DNA of 64,000 nucleotides from Alphaproteobacteria bacterium (GTDB lineage Bacteria; Pseudomonadota; Alphaproteobacteria; UBA828): NCBI GenBank assembly GCA_963422645.2, contig CAXXVO010000015.1, positions 96,001 to 160,000 of the forward strand, read 5' to 3'. Shown piece by piece: positions 31,129 to 41,177 of this stretch (position 1 is its first letter; each line of letters starts with the position of its first letter). The notes under the pieces were generated by a model. It saw only the letters and a program-made list of their open reading frames with translations, ran no database searches and was not told where the DNA came from. The position numbers and the translations under genes were made by a program.

Positions 31129-32635
31129 ATGAGCAATCCCGAGTCGCCGCGCGGCCCTTCGACGGGAGCAGCGCCCGAAACGCCCGCGCAGAAGATCGCC
31201 CGCCTGGAGGAGGAGAACGCCCGGCTTCGGGAGGAAAATGCCTGGCTTCGGCAGCAGAACGCGCGGCTGGAAGAGCAAGTCGCGCGTCTCGTCGAGCGCA
31301 TCGAGGAGTTGGAGCGCCGTCTCGGCCTCAACAGCGGCAACAGCGGCAAGCCGCCTTCGAGCGATGGGCTGAGGAAGCCGAATTCGAAGCGGCGAACCCG
31401 AAGCCTGCGCGGCAAATCGGGCCGCAAGCCCGGTGGCCAGCCCGGCCACAAGGGCAAGACGCTGCGCCGCGCCGATCACCCGGATCGGGTGAAGGATCAC
31501 GTCCCGGCTTCCTGCAAGGGATGCGGTTCGCCGCTTTCGGACGCGGCCAGGGCGGGAACGCCCGTCGCCCGCCAGGTGTTCGATCTGCCCGAGCCGAGCC
31601 CCCTGGAGGTGACCGAGCACCGGGCGCATGCCAAGTGCTGCGGGCATTGCGGGACGGTGACCCGGGCGGCGTTCCCCGACGGGGTGTCGGCGCCGGTGCA
31701 GTACGGCCCGCGCATTGCCGGGGTGGCGGTCTACCTTCAGCACGCTCACTTCCTGCCGGAGGATCGGCTGTCGCAGGTGATGGCCGAGCTCTTCGGCGCG
31801 CCGGTGACGGCTGCGACGTTGGCGACGATGAGCGAGAGGGCGGCCGAGCGGCTTGCGGGACGCGGCCTTGCACATACAGGACCTGGCGGCGGGCACGGCG
31901 CGGGTGAAACACATGGACGAGACCGGCTTGCGGATCGGCGGTCAGACGCAGTGGCTTCATGTGATCTGCACGCCGCTGCTGGCGGCGTACCGGGTCAGCG
32001 GCAAGCGCGGCGCCCTGCTCTCGGGTGTCTCCGGCATCGTCGTGCACGATCACTGGAAGCCGTACTTCGCGATGGAAGGGGTGGAGCACGGCCTGTGCAA
32101 CGCCCATCACCTGCGGGAGTTGCAGGCGCTGGTGGACATCGAAGGGGAGGCTTGGGCCCGGCGGATGCAGCAGCTCCTGCGCCGAGCCAATCGCGCCGCC
32201 CGCATCGCGCTGGACAAGGATATCGCCGTTCCGGCGAGGCTTGTGGCGCTGATCGAGCGCCGATACGACGAGATCATCGCCGATGCGCTGGCCTTTCACG
32301 AGAGCCAACCACCGTTCTCGCCTGGCAAGAGGAAGAAGCGCCGGAAGCGAAGGATCGGTCACAATCTGGCCTTGAGGCTGCGCGACCACAAATGCGCGGT
32401 GCTCCGGTTCCTGATCGACCTCGAGGTCGGGTTCACGAACAACGAGGCCGAGCGCGACCTTCGGATGATGAAGCTGCGCCAGAAGATCTCCGGGGGCTTC
32501 CGGTCCGCGCAGGGGGCCGAGAACTTCGCCATCCTGCGCAGCGTCATCACCACCGCCAGAAAGCAGGGCTGGAATATCATCGAAGCCCTGACCAGCCCAT
32601 CGGATCGGCTCATCGCCACCGTCAAGTGCGCGTAA
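31129..32635 (+). pseudogene. IS66 transposase, frameshifted (+1 T near 31853)
   Basis: GCTTGCGGGA here versus GCTGCGGGA in the intact copy 51609-53114; could be a sequencing error. Confidence 0.85.
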
Positions 32636-32845
32636 GCTCACCTGGCACGGGTTCTCCAACAGCGGAGCCATTCTCATAAACGATCATGGTCGACGCCGTG
32701 CTGGACCACCCCATAGAATGAAAATCGGTGCCCGTCGCGCGGGCGGACTTCGGGCCACATCGGGGTAGCTTCAGACTTCCTGACCTCTGCTGATTTTAGG
32801 TGACACGAGCCGCGCGGATTCCGAGGCCCCGTCGATGTCGTAGAC

Positions 32846-35205
32846 TCAGACTTCCTGACCTCTGCTGATTTTAGGTGACACGAGCCGCGCGGATTCCGAG
32901 GCCCCGTCGATGTCGTAGACTATGCGCAGACGGGTGCCGGGGAAGACCGTTTCGGTGGCGTTCAGGTCGCTCAGAACCGCATCGATCCAACGGTCGCAGG
33001 CGTCGTTTGCGAGGCCAAGAATGTGGACCCGCAGGAGGCCATTGCCAGGATCCGGCAGGATGTCGGCATCGGCGGTGAGCAGCGCTTGAAGCAGTTTCCG
33101 GGGATGGGGCTTGTGGCCCTGCGCCTGCATGACGGGAAGCATCATGCGGGTTTCGGCGCGGTAGGCGATCATCCGGATGACGTCGAGGAGGAGGCGCTCG
33201 CGCGCGGGCAAGGCATCGAGCTGCTCGGCTTCGTCGAGGTCGCCGGCCCGGCAGTGCTTGGGCGTCTCCCTGCGGCTGGCCCTGACGATGTCGCGGACAT
33301 CCTGGAGGTCCCTGACTTCCCTCCTGAGTTCCGCCGTCGGCTGCTTCTTCCGGGCCGTGTCGGCGATGCGGTTGCGCAGGCGGCCAAGCTGGCGGTCGAG
33401 GCGATGGATTGCCTTGTCATAGGCCCGCCGCAGCGGGTTGACGACCATGGCGGCGGGATCGAGAGGCTCGAGCTCGTGGGTCGGCAGGGCGTCGAGATTG
33501 AACTCGTCACGCATGTACTTGAAGAAGTTCTCCTGCGACCAGCGCGAGAACATGGCGCCCGCAACCTCAGCCATCGGCTTGTGCGGATCGGTGGTGATCA
33601 GCGGCACCTGACGGCCGTTGTCGAGCAGGCGGCGGATCTGGCGCACCCTGAAGCCGTTCGGCAACGTCACCGGCTTCTCAGCCAGCCGCATGGTGGCGCT
33701 GCCGTCCGCCGCCGGTCCGTGAATGGGAACGGTCATCGCGCCGAAGTCCTCGGCCGGCCAGTCCTCGCCCCTGAAGTTCTTGTGCCAGGTCAGGCAGGCG
33801 ACGCCGCGCCTCGCCAGCCGGCGGAACAGATCCGGGCTCCAGCCCTCGCGGTCGAAGACCAGGGTGAGCGCCGGCTGGCCGGGATGCTCGGCGGTCAGGT
33901 CCGGCGCCCCGGCGCCAACGATCCCAAGCTCCTGCAGCGCCGGCACCACGTCGGCTTCGATGGCCGCGACCATCTTCGGGTCCAGCGGCTTGTGCAGACA
34001 GAGCAGCGGCTTGCCGCCCAGAGCGTTGATCCAGTAGCTGGCGCTCGCCGGCAGGCACAGCTTCTCGCGCGAGACGAAGTGCTTGGGCAAGCGCCCCTTG
34101 CGGCCGGAGTAGACCTTGACGTGCCCGTCGATGGCCAGCGTCGCCCAGAGCTCCGGCTCGTCGGCGCCTGCCAGCGCCTGGCAAGGGCGAGCTGCCACGC
34201 CCGCACGCCGGCCTCGTCGTCGGCGATGAGAGCGATCTTGCGGCGCAGCGTCTTGACCTCGGGGCAGCGATCGAGGCCGAGAATGGCGCCCCATTCGCCC
34301 GGCGCCTGGTAGCGCAGGCTCTCGGGGTTGCGCACCCGCGCCAAGGTCATGAAGGCCAGGAAGAGCAGGATCGTAGGCAAGCCGTAATAGCCCTTCGGCA
34401 GCAATGGCAGGAGACCGGTCTCGGAGAGAAGACCTTCCTTCAGCAGGGCCGGCAGGGCGGCGAGCACGCCGCCGAAGCGGACACCGCGGGCGGCGGCGGC
34501 GAACTGCGGTTCGACCGGCCCCGCCTGTCCACAACTGGCCAGAACCCGAGCCGGAACATCGCAAGTCGCACGCCCCATCGGCGCCTGCCGGTCCCGCCGA
34601 TCGCGCGCGCTGCGATCCGTTTGCGGCTGCGCTTCCAGCCCCGGCGCCGTCTCCGGCCCCGGGGCACCGGTACTCTCTTCATCGACACGGCCTTCAGGAG
34701 CCGCACCCGCGTCAGGCGGCGCAGCCAGCGCTGAGCGTCCGGGCTCCCCATCCGCCTCCGTGTTGCCGATCAGTCCCTGACGGCGCCACTTGTTGACCGA
34801 TGGCGCTGACACGCCGAGAACCCGGGCCGCCGCAGAGCCGCTCAGGCCCGATGCCAGCAACGCCGTCGCCTTCTCCGCCAACTCCGGAGTGAACACCGAC
34901 GGCCCGCGACCGCGCCGGGGCTTCATGAACCCCGCTTCGCCCTCGGCCAGGTAGCGCCGTCGTGCGCGCTGCACCGTCGCGCGCGAGACAGCGAAAGCGT
35001 CAGCCAGTTCCTGCGGCGAGACCGCGCTGATCGCCGCGAGGCGGCCGATCCGCAAGAGCATGGCCGTGCGGTCATCGGCGGCGTGGCTGTCAAAGGGAAT
35101 GAGGTTGGAAAAGTAGGTGAAGGTGTCGTCCGAGATCAGGACGGCGAAGCAGCTGTTGCCGATCGAGACCGCCTCTGGAGGGCACATTGGGAGGGTACTG
35201 GGCAT
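32846..35205 (-). pseudogene. putative DDE transposase of element X, split by a frameshift near 34165
   Basis: The HTH-containing frame (33895-35205) switches to the catalytic frame (IDGHVK, VFDREG, RWSQENFFKY) at ...ARRWQA/DEPELW. Confidence 0.82.
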
Positions 35206-35359
35206 GGTTGAGACCGTGCAATTGGTATCAAATTATAATATCAGACCTCGGGCGCGACACCCAGCGAAAAACCGCCTGAAACAACCGAAATGTATCAGAA
35301 TTCAAGGAGTTCCCGGCACGCTGCCCAGAACAGCCAGCATCACGAGGTCAGGAAGTCTG
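32847..35359 (-). mobile_element. element X, inner copy (2513 bp)
   Basis: 16-bp perfect IR CAGACTTCCTGACCTC; AGACT duplicated at 32842-32846 and 35360-35364. Confidence 0.93.
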
Positions 35360-35364
35360 AGACT

Positions 35365-37648
35365 ATGCGCAGACGGGTGCCGGGGAAGACCGTTTCGGTG
35401 GCGTTCAGGTCGCTCAGAACCGCATCGATCCAACGGTCGCAGGCGTCGTTTGCGAGGCCAAGAATGTGGACCCGCAGGAGGCCATTGCCAGGATCCGGCA
35501 GGATGTCGGCATCGGCGGTGAGCAGCGCTTGAAGCAGTTTCCGGGGATGGGGCTTGTGGCCCTGCGCCTGCATGACGGGAAGCATCATGCGGGTTTCGGC
35601 GCGGTAGGCGATCATCCGGATGACGTCGAGGAGGAGGCGCTCGCGCGCGGGCAAGGCATCGAGCTGCTCGGCTTCGTCGAGGTCGCCGGCCCGGCAGTGC
35701 TTGGGCGTCTCCCTGCGGCTGGCCCTGACGATGTCGCGGACATCCTGGAGGTCCCTGACTTCCCTCCTGAGTTCCGCCGTCGGCTGCTTCTTCCGGGCCG
35801 TGTCGGCGATGCGGTTGCGCAGGCGGCCAAGCTGGCGGTCGAGGCGATGGATTGCCTTGTCATAGGCCCGCCGCAGCGGGTTGACGACCATGGCGGCGGG
35901 ATCGAGAGGCTCGAGCTCGTGGGTCGGCAGGGCGTCGAGATTGAACTCGTCACGCATGTACTTGAAGAAGTTCTCCTGCGACCAGCGCGAGAACATGGCG
36001 CCCGCAACCTCAGCCATCGGCTTGTGCGGATCGGTGGTGATCAGCGGCACCTGACGGCCGTTGTCGAGCAGGCGGCGGATCTGGCGCACCCTGAAGCCGT
36101 TCGGCAACGTCACCGGCTTCTCAGCCAGCCGCATGGTGGCGCTGCCGTCCGCCGCCGGTCCGTGAATGGGAACGGTCATCGCGCCGAAGTCCTCGGCCGG
36201 CCAGTCCTCGCCCCTGAAGTTCTTGTGCCAGGTCAGGCAGGCGACGCCGCGCCTCGCCAGCCGGCGGAACAGATCCGGGCTCCAGCCCTCGCGGTCGAAG
36301 ACCAGGGTGAGCGCCGGCTGGCCGGGATGCTCGGCGGTCAGGTCCGGCGCCCCGGCGCCAACGATCCCAAGCTCCTGCAGCGCCGGCACCACGTCGGCTT
36401 CGATGGCCGCGACCATCTTCGGGTCCAGCGGCTTGTGCAGACAGAGCAGCGGCTTGCCGCCCAGAGCGTTGATCCAGTAGCTGGCGCTCGCCGGCAGGCA
36501 CAGCTTCTCGCGCGAGACGAAGTGCTTGGGCAAGCGCCCCTTGCGGCCGGAGTAGACCTTGACGTGCCCGTCGATGGCCAGCGTCGCCCAGAGCTCCGGC
36601 TCGTCGGCGCCTGCCAGCGCCTGGCAAGGGCGAGCTGCCACGCCCGCACGCCGGCCTCGTCGTCGGCGATGAGAGCGATCTTGCGGCGCAGCGTCTTGAC
36701 CTCGGGGCAGCGATCGAGGCCGAGAATGGCGCCCCATTCGCCCGGCGCCTGGTAGCGCAGGCTCTCGGGGTTGCGCACCCGCGCCAAGGTCATGAAGGCC
36801 AGGAAGAGCAGGATCGTAGGCAAGCCGTAATAGCCCTTCGGCAGCAATGGCAGGAGACCGGTCTCGGAGAGAAGACCTTCCTTCAGCAGGGCCGGCAGGG
36901 CGGCGAGCACGCCGCCGAAGCGGACACCGCGGGCGGCGGCGGCGAACTGCGGTTCGACCGGCCCCGCCTGTCCACAACTGGCCAGAACCCGAGCCGGAAC
37001 ATCGCAAGTCGCACGCCCCATCGGCGCCTGCCGGTCCCGCCGATCGCGCGCGCTGCGATCCGTTTGCGGCTGCGCTTCCAGCCCCGGCGCCGTCTCCGGC
37101 CCCGGGGCACCGGTACTCTCTTCATCGACACGGCCTTCAGGAGCCGCACCCGCGTCAGGCGGCGCAGCCAGCGCTGAGCGTCCGGGCTCCCCATCCGCCT
37201 CCGTGTTGCCGATCAGTCCCTGACGGCGCCACTTGTTGACCGATGGCGCTGACACGCCGAGAACCCGGGCCGCCGCAGAGCCGCTCAGGCCCGATGCCAG
37301 CAACGCCGTCGCCTTCTCCGCCAACTCCGGAGTGAACACCGACGGCCCGCGACCGCGCCGGGGCTTCATGAACCCCGCTTCGCCCTCGGCCAGGTAGCGC
37401 CGTCGTGCGCGCTGCACCGTCGCGCGCGAGACAGCGAAAGCGTCAGCCAGTTCCTGCGGCGAGACCGCGCTGATCGCCGCGAGGCGGCCGATCCGCAAGA
37501 GCATGGCCGTGCGGTCATCGGCGGCGTGGCTGTCAAAGGGAATGAGGTTGGAAAAGTAGGTGAAGGTGTCGTCCGAGATCAGGACGGCGAAGCAGCTGTT
37601 GCCGATCGAGACCGCCTCTGGAGGGCACATTGGGAGGGTACTGGGCAT
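35365..37648 (-). pseudogene. putative DDE transposase of element X outer copy (same frameshift, 3' end cut off)
   Basis: Same sequence as the inner copy, offset by 2443 bp. Confidence 0.82.
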
Positions 37649-37888
37649 GGTTGAGACCGTGCAATTGGTATCAAATTATACTATCAGACCTCGGGCGCGA
37701 CACCCAGCGAAAAACCGCCTGAAACAACCGAAATGTATCAGAATTCGTAACTACCCAGGTACCCCAATCCTGAGTTGAGGACGGTGATTATGGCGGCGGC
37801 CGCGGCCTGGTTCTGCCACCGCGATTGGTTCTTGACCTCATAGAGTTGCGGGACTATGGACTGCTCTCTCGCGTGACGGGAGCGGTCC

Positions 37889-38554
37889 ATGGGGTATTTC
37901 GGCTCGAAGGCGACAGCAGGTCTGTGCCAAGCGCTGATTGCGCTGATGCCGCCGCACTCCGTCTACATCGAAAGCCACCTTGGGGGCGGGGCGCTGATGA
38001 AGCGCAAGCCGCCGGCCGTGCGTTCGATCGGCATCGACCGCGATGCGCAGGCGCTCGAGGCCTTCGTCTGCGACTACCCGGTCGATCTGGTTCACGGCTG
38101 TGCCCATGACTTCCTGGCCTCGTTCCCGTTCCTGGGCCCGGAGCTGGTTTACAGCGATCCGCCCTATCTGCACGCGACCCGCCGCTCGGCGCAGCGCTAC
38201 CGCTTCGAGTACGAGGAGGCCGGCCACGTCGCGCTTCTCGCGCTGCTCAAGGCTCTGCCCTGCCAGGTCATGATCTCGGGCCATCCGTCGGCGCTCTATG
38301 ACGAGGTGCTGGCGGGATGGCGCCGGCTGGCGCTGCAGGTCACGACCCAGGGTCTGGTGCGAACCGAGGTCGTCTGGTTCAACTACGCCCCCGACCGGAT
38401 GCATTGGGCCAGCCACGCAGGCCGGAACTTCACCGACCGCCAGCGCATCAAGCGCAAGGCAGCCAACTGGGGCCGGCGCTACCAGGCCTTGCCGCCGGGC
38501 GAACGCCTCGCCGTGCTCGCCGCCATGATGGCCGTCGAGGCCGAAGACACGTGA
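37889..38554 (+). CDS. DNA adenine methyltransferase (Dam/D12-like), IS passenger
   Basis: 221 aa; motif I ESHLGGGA, motif IV DPPY; RBS GGGAG upstream. Confidence 0.88.
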   Translation: MGYFGSKATAGLCQALIALMPPHSVYIESHLGGGALMKRKPPAVRSIGIDRDAQALEAFVCDYPVDLVHGCAHDFLASFPFLGPELVYSDPPYLHATRRSAQRYRFEYEEAGHVALLALLKALPCQVMISGHPSALYDEVLAGWRRLALQVTTQGLVRTEVVWFNYAPDRMHWASHAGRNFTDRQRIKRKAANWGRRYQALPPGERLAVLAAMMAVEAEDT

Positions 38555-40089
38555 CGGTGTCGCACTGGCACGAAGACCTCGCCGCCCGTAACGAGGCCTT
38601 CTGCTGCCTGAAGGAGCTTCTCGAGCCATCATCCCTCGCAACCACTGTCGTCGTTGCCGTCCGGGAATGGGGGCAGGGGCTGCTGCGATCAGCCACCGCG
38701 CTCGCCCGGGAAAATGCCGCACTCGAGCAGGAGAACGCGGCCCTGCGCGAGCGCATCGCCGAACTCGAGCGCAGCGCGGCCCTCAACAGCACCACAAGCA
38801 GCAAGCCCCCCGCCAGCGACGGGCTCAAGAAGAAAAGCGGAGCCCAGAGGCGCACCCAAAGCCAGCGCGGAAAGTCCGGCGGGCCCAGTGGCGGCCAGCC
38901 CGGCCACAAGGGAACCACCCTCGCGCGGAGCGACAGCCCGGACCGTGTCGTCGATCACCACCCCTCCACCTGTTCCGGCTGTGGCGTCGAGCTCTCGGAC
39001 GCCGACCGGCAAGGCGCGCCCGCCTGTCGGCAGGTCTTCGACGTACCCGAGCCGCAGCCTCTCGAGGTCACCGAACACCGCGCCCATCGCTGCCTCTGCG
39101 GCGCATGCGGCACGCTGACACGAGCCGCCTTCCCGCCGGGCGTCACCGCCCCGGTCCAGTACGGCCCTCGCATCACCGCTTGGGTGAGTTACCTGCTGTA
39201 CGCCCAGTTCGTGCCCGAGAAGCGTCTGGCCGAACTCATGAGCGACATCTTCGCGGTGTCCATCTCCACTGCCACGATCGCCGCCATGGGCCGGCGCACA
39301 GCGCAGCGCTTCGAGGGCTTCCTCGACCATGTCGCCGATCTGATCCGCACGCAGGCGCCGGTCAAGCACCTCGACGAGACCGGCCTGCGTATCGCCGCCC
39401 GTACCCGCTGGCTCCATGTGCTGTGCACCCCGTTGCTCACCGTCCTGCGCATCGGCGAGGGACGCGGCGATGTCGAAAAGAACCTGAAAGGCATCCTCGT
39501 CCACGACGACTTCGCCCCCTACTTCACCATCAAGGGCGTCCGCCACGGCGCCTGCAACGCACATCACCTGCGCGAACTCCAGGCCCTGATCGACATCGAG
39601 AAGGAGGAATGGGCGGCGAGCATGCACCGCCTGCTTCAGCGCGCGCGCAGGGCCGCCCGCTTCGCCCGTGAGAAAGACCGTCAAGTCCCCGCCTCCCTGG
39701 TGGCCCGCATCTCAAGGGCATGGGACCGTATCCTCGAAGAAGCCATCGCCTTCCATGAGGCCCAACCGCCGCTCCAGATCGCAAAGCGAGGGCGAAAGAA
39801 ACGCCGCATCGGCCACAACCTCGCGCGCCGCCTTCAAAAGCATAAGGAGGGCTGCCTGCGCTTCCTCACCGACCTGCGCACGCCGTTCACGAATAACGAG
39901 GCGGAGCGTGACATCCGTATGAACAAAGTGCATGAGAAGATCTCAGGCGGCTTCCGCTCCCTGCAAGGCGCCTGCAACTTCGCCGGAATGCGCAGCGTCA
40001 TCGTCACCGCTCGAAAGCAAGGCTGGAACATCCTGCAAATCCTGGCGCACCCGGAACCGATGCAGCTGATCCCTATACTGCGCTCCTGA
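38551..40089 (+). CDS. IS66 family transposase
   Basis: As 2213-3751; GTGA overlap with the MTase stop. Confidence 0.93.
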   Translation: MTVSHWHEDLAARNEAFCCLKELLEPSSLATTVVVAVREWGQGLLRSATALARENAALEQENAALRERIAELERSAALNSTTSSKPPASDGLKKKSGAQRRTQSQRGKSGGPSGGQPGHKGTTLARSDSPDRVVDHHPSTCSGCGVELSDADRQGAPACRQVFDVPEPQPLEVTEHRAHRCLCGACGTLTRAAFPPGVTAPVQYGPRITAWVSYLLYAQFVPEKRLAELMSDIFAVSISTATIAAMGRRTAQRFEGFLDHVADLIRTQAPVKHLDETGLRIAARTRWLHVLCTPLLTVLRIGEGRGDVEKNLKGILVHDDFAPYFTIKGVRHGACNAHHLRELQALIDIEKEEWAASMHRLLQRARRAARFAREKDRQVPASLVARISRAWDRILEEAIAFHEAQPPLQIAKRGRKKRRIGHNLARRLQKHKEGCLRFLTDLRTPFTNNEAERDIRMNKVHEKISGGFRSLQGACNFAGMRSVIVTARKQGWNILQILAHPEPMQLIPILRS

Positions 40090-40544
40090 ACTTCTCCGGC
40101 TCATCCTGAGTATCGCTGTCCTCTCATCTTGTTCGCGACGCGGCGTTCATCATCCTCTCGCGCTCAAGAGAGTAGGCACCCCCGCGGCGTGGGGGCGTTG
40201 ACGCAAAAGGAACTGGCTTGTTCCATAAGAGAGAGGGGGTACCTGGGCAGTTACCAAGAATTCAAGGAGTTCCCGGCACGCTGCCCAGAACAGCCAGCAT
40301 CACGAGGTCAGGAAGTCTGAGCTTACCGGTCGCAGTCCGCAAGAGGGGCATCGTGAGCTGTGAAACCCGGCGACCCCAGAGGAGCACACGGGCGTCGCGT
40401 GGGTAGCGTTGTGCCGAATCCCAGAGAATTTTCACAGCAAGAACCTGGGCAGTTACATCGTTTCTTCAAGACAACCGTTGATTGTCTACGATTTTATGAG
40501 ATCGCAAAACAACACTATTTCGTAAATTGCCCTTTGGTTTGGCG

Positions 40545-41177
40545 TTATGCGCGATGCGCATGAATGATCCGGACTTGTTCAGCCGAGCCGTCCCTGGATC
40601 GCGCGTCCACCATGCGCTGGAGCATGGGAACGAAGTGGGCAAACTCCGGCGTCGCCATGCCGACCCGCTTGCCGGCATCGTCCAGGTATCGGACTGCGAC
40701 GATCTCGTGGAAGCTCGGCTGCGTCTCGAATTGCGCCACCTCTTCCGCGTTCATGGGCCCTCCCTGCAACGTCAGGGAATGCACCGAAGCGGCGCTCAGC
40801 GTATCGAAGTAGCCGGGGTCGGTGGCGCAGAGGTAGCGCTTGGCCGCCACGTGAAAGCGGCAGCAATCGACGACGACCCGGGGGAAGAAGGGTTCGAGAA
40901 GCCGGGCCCCGGCCTTCTCGTGATGCCGGTCCTGCGTATCGTTCATCGAAAATGAGCCGGAGCCGCCGACGATATGGCCGATGTCGTGCAGCAGCGCAGC
41001 GGCGACGATCTCCTCGGGATCGCCCTTCCGCTCGGCGACGGTGGCGCTCTGCAGCATGTGTTCGGCCAGCGTGACGGCCTCCCCGAGATAGCGCTCGCCG
41101 CTGCGGCGCTCGAAGATGTCCTGGATGAAGGCCACGATCGTCCTTTGGTCGAGCCCGATGTCGCCGGTCTCGCTCAT
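40545..41177 (-). CDS. HD-domain phosphonate oxygenase (TmpB/PhnZ-like)
   Basis: YLGEAVTLAEHMLQSA, ALLHDIGH, HHE, HVAAKRYL, SLTLQGG, DDAGK; ATGA-coupled to the upstream dioxygenase. Confidence 0.85.
   Translation of the reverse strand: MSETGDIGLDQRTIVAFIQDIFERRSGERYLGEAVTLAEHMLQSATVAERKGDPEEIVAAALLHDIGHIVGGSGSFSMNDTQDRHHEKAGARLLEPFFPRVVVDCCRFHVAAKRYLCATDPGYFDTLSAASVHSLTLQGGPMNAEEVAQFETQPSFHEIVAVRYLDDAGKRVGMATPEFAHFVPMLQRMVDARSRDGSAEQVRIIHAHRA

Larger units (their letters stand above)
37747..40254 (+). mobile_element. IS66-MTase element, copy 3 (complete, 2508 bp)
   Basis: IRs GTAACTACCCAGGTACCCC / GGGGTACCTGGGCAGTTAC; TSD CAGAATTC on the left, CAAGAATTC on the right (one extra A). Confidence 0.95.
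32772..40319 (-). mobile_element. element X, outer copy (interrupted by an inner X copy and by IS66-MTase copy 3)
   Basis: IR CAGACTTCCTGACCTC; AGCTT duplicated at 32767-32771 and 40320-40324. The empty site is visible in IS66-B copy 2 near 51473. Confidence 0.92.
31034..40456 (+). mobile_element. second IS66-type element (IS66-B), copy 1; left 19 bp missing and split by nested insertions (own sequence 31034-32771 plus 40325-40456)
   Basis: Matches rc of 51341-53228; right IR ACCTGGGCAGTTAC ends at 40456. Confidence 0.9.

Noticed and set aside
32772-32920. 75-bp tandem duplication resembling a repeat array or CRISPR
   Set aside because: Explained by element X inserting into its own end; there are no spacers or cas genes.
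40255-40263. 9-bp versus 8-bp TSD asymmetry (CAAGAATTC / CAGAATTC)
   Set aside because: One extra A is most simply a repair slip or read error; the other IS66 shows a normal 8-bp TSD.
28526-40456. Whole nest as a composite transposon that moved as a unit
   Set aside because: Outer flanks CGATTTTT and ATCGTTTC are not a duplication.
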